64,000 nucleotides of DNA from Raillietiella orientalis. Its lineage: Eukaryota. The stretch is from positions 3,348,001-3,412,000 of the forward strand of contig JAYWIR010000008.1 in assembly GCA_036172245.1 (NCBI GenBank). Reading direction: 5' to 3'. The position numbers and the translations under genes were made by a program. Shown in pieces: positions 13,617 through 26,899 of this stretch (positions are counted from its first letter, which is position 1; the number at the start of each line of letters is the position of its first letter). Under the pieces are notes generated by a model. The model did no database searches, was not told the origin of the DNA, and saw nothing but the letters and a program-made list of their open reading frames with translations.

Positions 13617-15527
13617 TTAGAACAAAGTGGTACGTGCGCCATAAAGTTTCAATTCGATGTTGCATTGCTGTGCAATAATTTTTATTTGTTGTAATTCAAA
13701 AAATGTTAAATATTCTTCATATAAGTATAAAGTTTGAATACCTTTTAAGGTATCCAATAATTTTAAAAAGTTGTGGATAACTTCTTCTTCTGTGGTTTCA
13801 TGAGAATTGTTCGAATTTAGTAGTGTGTCACTTACTAAGTGGAATACCTTGATGCCCGTGTTTGTTGGTACAAGATCTTCGGTTCTCAAAATTATACCAT
13901 CCCAGTTTTGAAGTCTACTCAGTTGTAGAGTATGTAGTTGAGAGATGTAGGTATTCATATAGGATTGCAGCGATTCTTCATGAAAGATCCCTCGAATTAA
14001 CTTCAATCCGCTTAAATTGTTGTTTTTGACAAAGTTGGTCCGTATACAGCCTTCGTTGTTGTCCATGCAATCTGCCATTTGCAAGCTTTCCAATTTTGGG
14101 TACAAAGCACTTATGTCAAATAAGTCAATATTATAAATCCTCGTTATTTTCAATTCCTTCAGATTTGGAAGTGCCAAGGGTGTATCTGCTGTTAACCATT
14201 TAGGAATTTTTGTTTGTTCATTGAATTCAACTTGAAACACTTCAATTTGATTTTCCAGATTGAAAAACATAGCATCCAGTTTGTTGTACCCATCCAAGTA
14301 TAATGACAGTTCTTTGAGGGCTTTGAAACATTTGAAATCCCTATTATGAAAATCAGATTTCTCTGAAAGTTCCATTTCCATCTTTCGGATATTCGGAAAA
14401 TACTTGTCTAGTATTTCAAAATGTTGCTGCTTGGGAGATTGTAGTTTCATAAATTCCATGTCATATTTTGGGTGCTTAAAACCTGCCTTAAATAGTTCTA
14501 TCAGTATGTCTGCAATATTGAAATCCATTTTGAACAGTTTTAATTGTGGACAGGAGTTGATAATGCTAGCTATGTCATCTAATTTTAAGCAATATTTGCA
14601 AAACTCTCCAAATTCTAGAACTTGAAGAGAATGCTGATGCTGCAGCAGGTGTACTGAATTGTTAACTTTTGGAGCAAGAATGGGTAATGCCCCAATGTAA
14701 ATTTTTCTCAGTTTGTGGCAGTTTGCCAAAACTTTCTCCAGGACAACGTCGATACCAGGTGGAAGCATTATGACTTCCTTAACTTGTTTCATTTTTTTGC
14801 ATTGTTTTTGAAATGTTTGGATCAGATATTTATCTGACAAATAAGTTTCTGGAAATTTTAATACCAATCTTACTAGGCGCTTAAAATTGTTGAGGTTTTC
14901 AATGAGTAATCTTTTCAAATCTTGAAATGAAAAATATAATCTCTCAGTAAGCAGCAAATACTCATCAGGAAGGCCACGAATATAATCATGAAACAAAACA
15001 GTGTACAGCATTGATTCTCCTTCTATAAGGTTTTCTAAATTTAAAGTTCGCAAGTTTATCGGAATGCAAGGAAGAAAAATTTGCACACTTATATCTTGAA
15101 CAGTCATGATTATACCACACATGAGCAGTAGTAGCAGTTTCCAATAGTTTGAGATGAGAAAATCTGGAATGTTGCTTACATATTGCAAAACCTTCTTTGC
15201 AGCAATTGCAGTCACTGGATCATGGAAAATTGTGTCCAACAGATTGCTGGTAGAGTGGCTTATTAGTAGCCTTTTTTTTTTCTTCCTGCTACAATTTGAA
15301 TGCCTTGGTTGCATATTAACTTGCAGAATGTACATTCTGCACCTTGTAGCCCATTTTGGAATGTACTTTTCCACCAATTTTTTTTTTTCTTGCAATCTCA
15401 CTCCAAAACACATTGGGATCTTACAGGGATTTAATGACAGACAGGATGATACCACAGTATCAACAATTTTTTCAAGGCATAAAGTTTTCAGACAGCAATT
15501 AGGATTTCCCAGAAAGATTTTTTCCAT
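13617..15527 (-). CDS. Leucine-rich-repeat protein with N-terminal BC-box-like motif (putative cullin-RING E3 substrate receptor)
   Basis: Uninterrupted ORF of over 630 codons in AT-rich DNA. The likely start is ATG at 15527 (MEKIFLGNPNCCLKTLCLEKIV). RNI/F-box-type LRR units include NCHKLRKIYI, SCPQLKLFKM, FPNIRKMEM, LPNLKELKI and YPKLESLQM. Confidence 0.75.
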   Translation of the reverse strand: MEKIFLGNPNCCLKTLCLEKIVDTVVSSCLSLNPCKIPMCFGVRLQEKKKLVEKYIPKWATRCRMYILQVNMQPRHSNCSRKKKKRLLISHSTSNLLDTIFHDPVTAIAAKKVLQYVSNIPDFLISNYWKLLLLLMCGIIMTVQDISVQIFLPCIPINLRTLNLENLIEGESMLYTVLFHDYIRGLPDEYLLLTERLYFSFQDLKRLLIENLNNFKRLVRLVLKFPETYLSDKYLIQTFQKQCKKMKQVKEVIMLPPGIDVVLEKVLANCHKLRKIYIGALPILAPKVNNSVHLLQHQHSLQVLEFGEFCKYCLKLDDIASIINSCPQLKLFKMDFNIADILIELFKAGFKHPKYDMEFMKLQSPKQQHFEILDKYFPNIRKMEMELSEKSDFHNRDFKCFKALKELSLYLDGYNKLDAMFFNLENQIEVFQVEFNEQTKIPKWLTADTPLALPNLKELKITRIYNIDLFDISALYPKLESLQMADCMDNNEGCIRTNFVKNNNLSGLKLIRGIFHEESLQSYMNTYISQLHTLQLSRLQNWDGIILRTEDLVPTNTGIKVFHLVSDTLLNSNNSHETTEEEVIHNFLKLLDTLKGIQTLYLYEEYLTFFELQQIKIIAQQCNIELKLYGARTTLF

Positions 15528-16150
15528 TAGAAACAAGAAAAACAGCAGTGAAGAATAAGTATGAAGAGAATTCAGCAGACAAACAGTTTTTACATTCAAG
15601 GTTTCCATGGTTTTATATGTGTGCATGTGTGTGTGTGTGGGTGTATGTATGTATACATACATACATATATATAGTGGGACTTAAGTGAATGCCTAGATCT
15701 GTCAGTAATCTGCTCATTTTATGGAGGTGGTGGTGATACCGTCATGAGTTTCAAGAAACAGAAAAGGGAAATATAAAAAAAAAAAAACTCACTACTTTCA
15801 AGTTGCTTTTGAAAAAATTGTCATTCTGTTGGTTGATGCTTTGGTTCTTCTGCATTTGAAACTGAATCTTTTTGTTTGTTCATTTGTATGTTACTGTCCC
15901 AAGTAGTGATTTTGTTTGTTTAACATTTTGTTTTTGTTTTTGGAGATAGCATCTTGCTAGTACATCAGATTATAAATTTGAATTTTGAAATTTTTTTTCT
16001 CTCAACTAGATTTGTAATGATCCAGTTGTTTTTTCTTTCCAGAATAATTATGACATTCTCATAGCTTCTTCTTTTAAGAGAATTCCTAAAATGTACTAAA
16101 AGCATTAATTGTGCTCAAAAGGATTCAGCTTACAGCATAGGGTAGTCAAA

Positions 16151-19100
16151 ATGTCAGAGGAAGGCAAGCAATTAGGTAACAGTTATTAAATTTTCTCCAA
16201 ATTTCTTTACATGCACATATTTTTCTCGAAAGGTCACACTATTATACCAGCTACAAGAAGGATGAATGGCACTTGGAGAAAAGCCATCAAAGTGAAAGAA
16301 GGATATGTTCCACCAGATGAACAACCTAAGTATATCTCATTGATGTTATAATAAATGAATCCGTTGGTTTATCTCTTGCTATCTGTTTTAATTTTCCCTT
16401 CATGATAAGTGATTGCAGTTGTACCATCAGCTTTTGTTCATCTCTGAGTTGCCTTTCACTTGAGTATTATGCATGAAGTCATTCTGAGAATCTTATAGGT
16501 TTACTGTTTTTGCTTGGCTTATTTTTTCATTTGGCTTTTTGTGAATGGTTGCTTGCTCTTTAATGGGTTTTTGCTAATTTTGGATTATTGTTTCTTCTTT
16601 AGGAGATGTTTTCATTTTTATTAATTTGATTAATATGATGTGAATGCTTTAGGAAAAGGTTGCCATTATTTTATCCAATTATTATCCTTATTCTTCAATC
16701 TAAGTTGTGTTCATTTCCATCTTTTATTTTTCTTATATTTTGGGTGTGAAAAAAGAAAAACGTATTCAAAAATGTTTGCATCCATGATACTTGTAGTAAT
16801 TGTAAAATTTTGCCTGTAAAGTTAGTATGGTCACAAAAAAATTAATTTGCCTAAAAACAGAAATTAATAAAGGAGACCACATTACAAACTGTTTCCCTTT
16901 CCCTGTATTCTGCAACAATTTGAGTCATATCGGGTAACGTTTTTTTGCATCCTAATTGCAAACTACGAGCTATTTTATTGTCACTTCTGAAGCTCCCTAA
17001 AGTGTCTGTTCTAGTCTTGAAATTTCGCTTATCTGCTCGATATTATGTAACGTCGACAATATTTTTTTGTCCGATATTTAGGAGCTTCTGGAATGCTTGT
17101 ATGAGACATAAAGAGCTTATAATCGTGCTGTCAAGAAATGTATAGGAGAAGACTAATTGAGATGTGTAATTCTTTCAATTGCTTGAAAACTTTATATTTC
17201 TCATCAGAATCACTACTAAGAGAAACTAAAAGTGGCTGTCTATCGTAAAGGGTCTAGTTTCTGATGTATGAATAGGTTTGCTTGTTTCCAGTTTCCTTGC
17301 TTATCACTTTGTAGATGTGAGAAAAGGATGAAATGAATGCCATTTTGTCATCATAGAATTATTATTCATTGTTTGTTTTTTCATATTTAAATTCATATAT
17401 ATCTTCTGCAATTCCATTTACTTTGTTGACATTATAAAAGTCTTTCTTTATACAACGCCCAGGATGGCAAGCAATTTATTGTTCGTCAAAGAGTTCACTA
17501 TGGCAGTTGTGGTATGCATAAGAGCATCTGCTGCATCTCAGGTCAGAAGGCAATATGAAATTACGTTTCAGAAAAATGTGGATTGAATAGAAATAGTGTA
17601 TGGAAACCCAGGGGCATTCGAGAATTGTATTTGTACACCATTCATGCATGAGCCATGTTTAGTTGACAAAGCTGGTTTTCATTGTAGCAGAGTAAACATC
17701 TGCAATTATGCAGATGCACCTATTTTGATCTTTTGTTGAATGTAGAGTAGTGTATTTTGAAGCATTTTATGTCACGTTCGGAAAATTTTGTTCGACATTT
17801 AATGAAAATGACAATAATGAAATGACTCTGTGCTGCATGATCCATGATAGTATTTTTGCTCATTTAATTTTGGTGCACGTACAAGAATAGCAAAATCTTT
17901 ACTTCAGTAAATGACATCTTCTTACAAGATTATATACAACCCATTAGGAAGTGTTTCCTAGTCAATGCATTAATGATGTGTCTTCTTTATTCACATTGCC
18001 GTTTTATTTTGTAAGCAGTATGTGCAGGGTAATTTAGTAATCATCATTTCCTGATCACATCCAGTTTGTAAATAACAATTTTATATTGTATCAAACCAAG
18101 TACCTTAGCGATTACAAATGTAAGTGTTACAGTATGCTTAGGTATTTGTTTTTGTATACCCCATGCATTTATCTTTTGAATTGAGTGGTTACAGTGGCAT
18201 CTTTAGATGGACCATTCTTGCCAGCCAAAAAAAAAAAAAAAAAAGTGCATTATTTCTTAAAAGATGTTTGCATCTTGTGCTTGTGTTCTTCTTATAAAGT
18301 GCATCAAAACATGCTTTTATATATTTGATAGCTGCCACGCAATTAGTAGGTGTATTCTTCACATATTCTGTTATTGGTATTAGGAGTGTTAGTCTGACGG
18401 AGGCTTTAATATTTTTGTTCAAACAACGTTGGACATAATCATCAGGATTTGCTGATGTAAGTTTGTCGATAATTTTGAATCCATAATTGATTTTTTCAAT
18501 GATTGTCTGTCTGTTTGCGATTCTGATCACTTCACCCCCCATTTCTATCAACTCACTTTCAAGGAAAGCAAATCAAAGAAGAAATTCTGCAGAAAGCTCG
18601 TTCCCCCCCCCCCCCCCCTGCAAATAAGAGCATTATGTGAAATGTTAACAGCAAAATGTGTGGGTTTGTTGCTCAGGGTGATTTCCGTTTTAGATATAAA
18701 ATTAACAAAGTGTACACATCTGAAAAGTCGGAGTTCCCCGTGGGTTTAGCGCCTGAAGATATTGAGAAGGCCAAGCAGATGCGAATAATTAGAGAAGCAA
18801 AGGAACATGGGCTTGAATTGAGTTTCACAAGTAAGTAGCCATCGAATTGCAATTCTGACTTGGTGAAGGCATTCTTTTGCTTGAACGTTGTTTTCATTAG
18901 TATTTAATTGATTAGGTAGAGGTGAATCTCTAAATGAAAGTTATCATTACGAGGTGCTGATCTTGGAGTTTTTGTTTCAGAGAATTTGTCACAGTTGCTT
19001 TTTTGTTTGCTCTTTTGTAGTGATGTCGAAGTCTGCGAAGAAAAAGGCGAAGAAGAAGTTGGCCAAGCAGGAAGCTGAGCAGAAACTCCTAGCTGAGATG

Positions 19101-19346
19101 AACAACCTCCAGATAAAGAAATCCCAGGCCCACGAAGAGGAGGTGGAAGCCAAAAAATCGGAAATCTCGAAAAAGTTAAAGAACTTGCGCAAGAAGTTAA
19201 ACGACACGGAAAGCCTGGAAATTCGGGTCGAGTCAAACGAAGTCCAACCCGATAAAGATCAGATCGAGAAGCTCAGAAGGAAGCCCGAAGTTCTCCAGGA
19301 AATCAAAGATCTGGAGGTTCTTTTGAAACAGCTGAACGAGAAGTAA
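16151..19346 (+). CDS. PYM1: Partner of Y14 and mago (PYM/wibg), 4 coding exons
   Basis: Exons 16151-16175, 16233-16329, 18694-18830 and 19021-19346 splice in frame with GT-AG junctions. The N-terminal Mago-binding motif is IIPATRRMNGTWRKAIKVKEGYVPPDEQPKY, and the C-terminal signature is KKLKNLRKKL...IEKLRRK. Confidence 0.9.
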
Positions 19347-21685
19347 GATGCGCGGGCCCGCCGCAGGACTTCCGGGAAGACGATATTCTGCAATGCAAAA
19401 CATGGTTGAAAAAAAAAAAAGAAAAAAAAAAAAAAAAAAATCCTGACGCTGACCGATTGCATGTTATTTATGTGATGCAGAATGCAGCCGCATTGTGTGT
19501 AAAATACAAGTACGTTTGGAAATTTCCAATTTGAAACTTGTTTTCTTGGCAGGTGCCACGTTTGAGATGGTACCAGAACTAAGGCATCATCGTTGCTGTC
19601 ACCAGCAAGCCCCCCCCCCCTCTCCCACCCCCCCCAATGTTGGTGTCTGATTTCAGTTTTCCTTACATGATTTCATGTGTTGTGTTGTGTGCCGCAATTT
19701 CGCTCCAATCTTGGACATGGCACGCAATTCTGCAAATGAGAAAATGCCAACACGTGCTTTGTATTGAAAACAAAAAAAAAAAAAGGGGGGGAGGAAAAAG
19801 ATGTGCAACCGAAAGTGACTCCAATGGGAAGAATAGAATGGAATGCAAACGGGAGACTTGGAAAATGCACGGAAGCTCAGCGAAACCACGAGCTCCTCGA
19901 GGACATTCGTCAAGCCTAGCAAATAAGAGAACGTTTAAGCTAAAATGCCGAGTTCATTTTCTTTTACAGTCATCAGCTGGACACCCTTTTGACCCTGAGG
20001 GTTGTTAAGTACCATTTGAAAGGAGTACGTCATCAGAATCTCGACAGGGTTTCAGCACGAAGCTGTCCAGATTATCGCCCCAAATAATAAAAAAAAAAAA
20101 AAAAAAAATCTTTCCTGGTATGCAGGGCGAACACCAGGCACAGCTGCTCTTCCCCCAGGAACAGCGCAGTTTCAGTGCAGCCGGAATTAAAATAGAAGTC
20201 TGCATGCTTTAAAATGATCTTCACTGAGAGATGCCACGCTGGCAGCTAATAATTCTGTCGGGACAAAGATCTGTGAAATCCATAAGGATCGAAGGTCTGG
20301 GATTAACGGAATGTATCTTCAGCTCGGCCTTGCTCGAGCCGCCGGGCACGCACCGGCAGCGAGGAGGACTGCAAAGTTCCCGTCGCTCCCGTGCGAATAT
20401 TCCCGGAGCTTCCCAGGGGGAAAGTTCCCAGCACTTGCAGGATCTCTGCCGAGGGCGTGCGGCCGCGAGCTGTTGTTTGGGGAGGGGGGAAGCGAAGGGA
20501 CGACCTCTTAGGGTGCGGCTCTTGCGGCAGGACGTCGGGGCGATGAAGGGATTGGGGTGGTTGGTTTCGTTCCCTTTGTCCTGCATAATCCCTCGGGCCG
20601 TTCAGGAAACGGAGCTGGTTCGAGCATTTTCCTGGAATCGCGATAGACTCCGCCCTCTCTCCCTTATACCTCGCCTTATCTTAGCCGTTGGGACCAGTCC
20701 GTGATTACTTCGCCCCCTTCCTTGATCCATCTCTTGGGACACTTCCGCGACATCCGTTCCGTTTTGCCACAGTTTCGGTTCGGGCCGTTCCGGCTTCTCA
20801 GCCTTCCAAAATGTTCCACATGAAGATTGTGGCATCGGATGGCCACCTCCGTGTACGCCACTTTCATGATTTACGGGCTTCCAGGCAGTGGCGTTGTCTG
20901 AGGTCTTTCTGGTTCCACCAACATTCGGTCTTCCACCGGGAATCCGGAAAATGTCGCGCCGTCTTGGAGATCCGAAAGGAAGCGTCCGTTGCGTTATCCA
21001 GCAACCGAGTCACCGTTTGCAGATGGCCGTGCACCGGCTACACACGAAACAACACCATGTGCGTGCCTGTGGTGTCGGTTTTGCATGCAGTGAACGTGAA
21101 AGGGTTCAAAGAATGCAGGCTTGCAGCAACTTCCAGACCGGAAATGGTGTTCACATTTTTTTTTTTTTTTTTTTGCGAATGCTGGCATACTGGATCAAGC
21201 ATTCAAGTGTTCTCTTTTTTTTTTTTTTGTTTGTTTGTGCTGCCTTCCTCGTAATGCAAGCTGGAGTGTACAGTGCGTGTTGGACAGTAAGCGGTGATCT
21301 TGCATCGGTATGTTTCGAGCGCAGTCGTTGCTCTGGAGACGCGTGCATGATTGGACACGTCCGCTGTGAAGTCACCGATCGTCTTACTGTGGTGCGTCTG
21401 ATTTCATTCTGGCTTGCGTGGGTACCATGGTTTCGCTCCCAACGTGTCACGGCGAGCGCATGGATCGGGAAGTACTCTCTCTGGAATAAGGAGGGACGCT
21501 GGGGCTGGTTCCGGATTCCCTGTCCCCTCCCAGCAGGGGCGTTCTTCGCTGACACGGCGGAACGGTTTCTCGCGGTCGACCGTGCTTTACCGTTGGCAGC
21601 AAATGACAGCAAAAGAGAAACCATGCTTCTGCTGGACCAGATTCCATGTCAGTTCCGGAACGATCATCGCCGAAATGAAGGACGA

Positions 21686-21686
<1 letters not shown>

Positions 21687-21716
<30 letters not shown>

Positions 21717-21717
21717 G
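21687..21717. repeat. (GAT)n microsatellite
   Basis: Directly visible tandem GAT run. Confidence 0.9.
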
Positions 21718-23674
21718 TACTTGTAAACCGCTCAAGAAGCGCTAACTTTGGAAACGGAAGGAAACTGTCCCGTGTTTGACGGCCTGAAATGACAAAAAAA
21801 AAGTGCTTCTTGTTTCCCTTCTCGTTTCAATCGACACGCCCATGTCCGTGTCAATTGAAAACACACCAATGCCTTGGCAGACGGTGCACACAACGCGCGT
21901 ACAAATAGATGAAAAGACAAACGGAGATGGAAGTCACGAGTGCTGGAAACCCCCTCGAAGTAAACCGTAACCGTTTAAAACCGAGTTCACCAGTACAACT
22001 GGTTTATGTAATGTATTTCTGCAGGTATTGAAGGAGCAGTGTTGGTTCGTCATTAAAGATCGCAGTGTGCGCACGCTGCATGTTTTCTATTATAGGTATT
22101 GGGGCAGAGTAGAGGTTAGTGGGGAGGCTACCAGTTTTCGAGTGCACTTGGAACGGAATGACCACATTCACGTGGGGGATGAGTGCCTTCTTCCGAACAT
22201 GTTGATCCGGGAAAACAAGCCGGGCAGCCCTTTCCCGGAATGCATGACAACAGACCCCTCGAAAACAGTTCTTCCTTCAGTAGTCATGGTGGGCAGTGCA
22301 GAGAATGGGAAGTAGGCACTGCGTCTCCATGTTTCCCTAGCATGCAGATGCTGCTGAAAATGCGATGGTGGGGCGTGGCAGGCGCGCGTGCCATTTGTAG
22401 TTCGAGAAAAATCTGCTCCTCGTGATAGTAAATTCTCTTTCTTCCATGTTGGCATTAATGGTTAAATTAATAAGGGCATTAGAAATGCTAGTGGGCCTCG
22501 CCACAAATACAGTGATTGGTCAGTCAACACATGAAATGCAGGACATGGATCTGCAATTTAACCCTTCGAAGCACTCCAAGCGTTTGCCGACACGGCCGAC
22601 CAGCAGCACTTTTTTTGCGCACTTTCGCAATCGAAAATTTGAAAAGAAACGGCTTTGCCCTGATAAGGAGGGGCAAAAAAAATGATAAACGTTCATCCGT
22701 CAGGTGTTTCGCCGCGACGATTCTTTATGCAAAGCTGTTGGTCTCTTCTTCGACGATCCGCTTGACAACAAGCTCTTCCGTGAAAAGTAGCTGGGAACGT
22801 TCCATTGGTTCGACAACGCTGGATGCAGTCTGCGGTCCGGTGGCCCCGGGCGGTGCTGCGAAATGAATCCTTTCGGGAATCCTTCTGCTATCCGTTCTAT
22901 CCACCCATTCGTCCTCTTCTGCGAAAGAATTTCCACTCTCAACGGTTCCGATTCTTCGTCGCCTTTCCACAATAATTTCGCCATCGCTCGAATCATCATC
23001 ACTCGAATACGAATGCCTTTTTTGTACTCCGCAGACATGTATTGGGCTGAAAATTTCCGGTTTTACATCGGCTAGATGCAGGCAAAGGTTACTGGCAAAC
23101 ATCCTTAATGCATCCGCGGTGGTGGCTCGTAAGATTTTACTCACAGTTCCCATCGTTTCGCTGTGAAGTTTGATCACAACGGTCGGTTTTAAGACTTTCA
23201 AGAATTAAGTTGTGCATAAGGGAAATTTGGTTTCCGGAGCCATTCTTGGAAAATTTGCAATTTCCTCCGTCGTTTTCTTCTTTTTCGTTTTCTTTTCGTG
23301 CCCTTCTTCACATCGGTTTCCTGCAGACGAGCGAAACGACAACCAACCGACCCCAGGCGGAGGTTCCGTGGGCTGCGTGTCGTCTCGGAGTTGAGATTTC
23401 CCGAGAAGCCCTGACGGAGCAAAACCTACGCTCCTGGAATCAGCAACCGGACTCAAGCGCGAAGTATCCATCGGATCCCTCAAGTATTGCCCTCAGGCGT
23501 TCATAACGCTTGCCTGCTTGAACAAGGCTGCGTAAGGCGGTGCGTACGATTGCCGAAGACGCAGAAGAAGCATCCAGTGATTCGGGCTTGGGAAATTCAG
23601 TAGGGAATCCGATAGGTGGGAAAGGCGCATCATCGGCTGAGCTGTTTCAAAGAGGACCGCGCAGCGTTAAGATT

Positions 23675-23830
23675 GCTTCTCACTGTGGGCAGCACTCAGG
23701 AAGGAAGCTTTGGACAACGGTCAACGTGCGGGATGTACGCGCGGTGATGCCGCAGGGTGCAAAAAATTTCTTTCCTTGAAGCAGTATGGCTTCGTGTGCC
23801 AGTTTGGAACAGACGACACAAGCTGCGTGT
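23675..23830 (-). pseudogene. Possible decayed RING-finger coding remnant
   Basis: CVVCSKLAHEAILL...PCGITARTSR...CCPQ* has RING-like spacing, but several metal ligands are missing and a stop sits where the last Cys is expected. Confidence 0.3.
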
Positions 23831-24559
23831 TTTGTTTTTCCTGTGTTGACAGCTGCACTTTGTTTTCTTTCGAACTCTGCGCTGTTCTCAGAATGGAGAC
23901 CGGGATGGAATGCACCTTGTTTGGAGCAGTCCACTGAAGTGAAATAAAGAAAGAAAAAGGAAGAGTATGGGCCATCCGGTCCATTGAGGTGAAATAAAGG
24001 CGAAAATGTGGCCAGTCATAAAAAGAGACAGTGCCCTAAAAGTTCGCGATCTGGAACACCTCGTGTGTCCTTCGCTCGAGTTGGTCTTCTGCCTTGCCTT
24101 TGTCATCATGCTTACCGAAATCGAGTGCCCTCTCGGAAGAACCGGGGGGAATCCGGATGCTCACCTGGAAGGTAGGAACAACCTTTCTGGATTTCCCCGC
24201 AAAGCGAGGGCCCATGCTGATTTTCTCACAGCCTGCGTGCAGGGATTCGTCTGAGCTGCAGCTTCGCTAGAATGATTCTGTGAGAGTCCTCTACACTTGA
24301 ACTGCTCATACTGGCGTGTTAGCATGGGGTCTGCACCATGGGTTAGCGGGCAGTGAAAGACTTTGTCATGCACCATCAAAAACCTACAAGCGCTGAAGGA
24401 GAGCGTGGTCAACATGGAGACATGGCCACGAAGATGCACGAAAAGGAGAGAGAGCCCGCCACTTGCCTCTGCGGCTCCGTGAAGCCTTCCAGTTACTGCT
24501 CGAGGTCCCGGGAGGTCCCGAATCCGGTCAAAGGACCTTTGCGTTCCAGGTAAGAATGG

Positions 24560-25225
24560 TGGACTGAAGTCTCCTTACGCTAAAGAGGATGGAGCGTCAG
24601 CTCCAATCCCGAAAACTCTCACTGGTCTTGCAAGCTTTGGACCACTCCTTGGTGAGCCACGGCAAGAATCCTTCGGAGGTGTGCCCCCCATCTGCAGCAT
24701 GTGTGGCGAGAGAGAGTTCCTCTCTCACCTGCTCGTGGATTGCTTTGCCCTCCGTCCCATGTGGAAACGCTTTGCTGCGTCCCTGAGTATTCCCTAGGGC
24801 AGCCCCAGAGACATTTTGAAGCGCCTCTTCCTGAGCGACGCCCTCACGCCGGCCGCATCCCCAGCAGCGCTTTGCTGCCTACGCGGGATCGCTGATGCAT
24901 GGAGCAACGCAAGAGGAGGCCAAAATGATAAAGACGCCATCTATTTTGCCGTCCTCTTCATGAGGATAGCGTCAAGATGGCCTCGCCTGGGGATCGTAAA
25001 ACAGGGACTTCCCTGCATCGTGGAAAGGATGCAGGGAACGCCTTCCAGCATCTGTTGATCTCTTCCCGAGACCTACCAATTCTTTTGCGTATATTTTTTT
25101 GTTTTATTTTTATATTTCTTTCCCCTTCCTCTCTGCTGCCAAGGCGAAACCTCGCCGGCCTGCGCGCCGGCTCTCTGCAGGTTCCCATGGTTACACTGAC
25201 TTGTATGTTTATTTGACAAATAAAC
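24560..25225 (+). mobile_element. L1/Tx1-like non-LTR retrotransposon 3' fragment (degenerate)
   Basis: zf-RVT-type knuckle PICSMCGEREFLSHLLVDC at ~24685-24745, followed by a T-rich 3' UTR and AATAAA at ~25219. Confidence 0.65.
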
Positions 25226-26899
25226 GGCCGCGGAACAACCGGATGTCATTCCAACCTCTCCATCCTCGACCCGACCCAGCAGAACCTCGCGATTCAGGAA
25301 AGGTCTTGCCACCGCCGCAAGACCATCCGGTGCAAAGTCACGTGCTGGAACGGGGAGATGATCAAAGTTCAGCATAAGGTAGTAAGGAACAAGATGTTAG
25401 GATGGCTGAATTTCAGCCTAGCATTTCTGCTGACTCCGAGTGCTGCAGCCCATCAAAGCAGTTCAAGAAATTCTCTCCCAAGACCATGCAGCCATTCATC
25501 CAGTGCATCTTTTACCACTGGCGATTTGGCAAAAAGTCTTCATTCTACAGTGGTCACTCGCGTAAAATTGCAACCGTTGTAAGGAGAGAGAGCAGAACCG
25601 GTGCCGAATTTTCACTCCGACAACCATGGATGCGGACACCACAGCGAGCTCCTGCGCCTTTCAGCCAAGGTCAGCGAGTGGGTTTCTAAAACGAGCGAGC
25701 GAGCGACTGTGTTAAGGAGGACAAATCACTGAGGTCTTCATAGAAGAAGGGAGACCCTTTGCGAGGACATGCGACAGAAAATCTCGCGGTGTGATCCTTT
25801 GGGAATTTTCGGGTGGGGGAGGGGAGGAAGCAAACTCCTTCGTTACTCTCCTTCGACTCTAACGCAGCTGAAGAAACATCCGAATCGCTGTGAATCCCTG
25901 AGCAGCCAACGACGAAGTTTGGAGCTTCCATGAAAACGTGCGACCTCACAGGACTGGTGCACAGATTTTACACGAATGCCACCAGGACGCTCCCGGTCCA
26001 CGTTGGCGAATCGCGAAACCGACCTTCAGTCCATCTAATCAGGCACTTCCATGGCGATGGTTCAGTGGCACAACCATGGTTGAGGTTCGATGGTCTTTCC
26101 GTGGAAAAAAAAAAGAAAAAAAACTGCATCACCTCCGAGGAGTGGCATCCAGAGGTCAACACGGGTGTACACACACTCGAAGGATACACTCCCTACCTCT
26201 CCTACTATTCTTCCCGCAAGGACACGTTTCGAATGGGAATGCCACTCAAAAATCAGCGCCCATCCGAGTGACGTTTTGAAATTGCCCTCAGGCTCCAGAG
26301 AACTCTGCGCATTCTGACCAGGAGTTGGTTTGCCTTTCTTGTTGCTATTCTCTAGAGGACCCCAACAGCGACCCCACTGTTCGAGATGTTTCGAAAGCAA
26401 TCTAAGAAGAAAATGTTAGCGACGCAGTTTATTGTAGAAGTGTGTGGGAACGTCAGAGTGCATGACTCGGGCGCAAGAAAAACGGAACCAGGATTTCCTG
26501 GACTCTCTCGAGTGGACGGAAAGAAGCACTCGGACCCGGTCGGGATTCGGAAGCGAGCCACGGGTTTGAAGTTTTCGTCTCCAAGAATCAACGGAACGGA
26601 CTCCCTGCTGGGTGTTCCCCGTCTCACGAGCGCCATTTTCCATCTGGGCCACCCAGCGATTTGTGCTCTTCGAGCGTCCTTCTTTCACCCAGGGCCCTCT
26701 TTGCATGCGGAAGAGCATCCGGAAAGGGACACGACGTAGGTCACCAAGCCACACACTTTCCTTGAATCGAAAGGCGAGGTTGCCTCCTGCGGTCTCTTCT
26801 CTCCCCATCCTGTTAGCGTTCCCTCGAGCACTCCGAACCGCCACTAAGGTGGCGCTCTTTGGCTACCTATTCTGCCGGGAAAGCAATCGATTTCGGTAA

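Noticed and set aside
22725..23201. 158-aa minus-strand ORF with an acidic/Ser patch
   Set aside because: No domain or reliable exon structure, so it cannot be supported as a gene from sequence alone.
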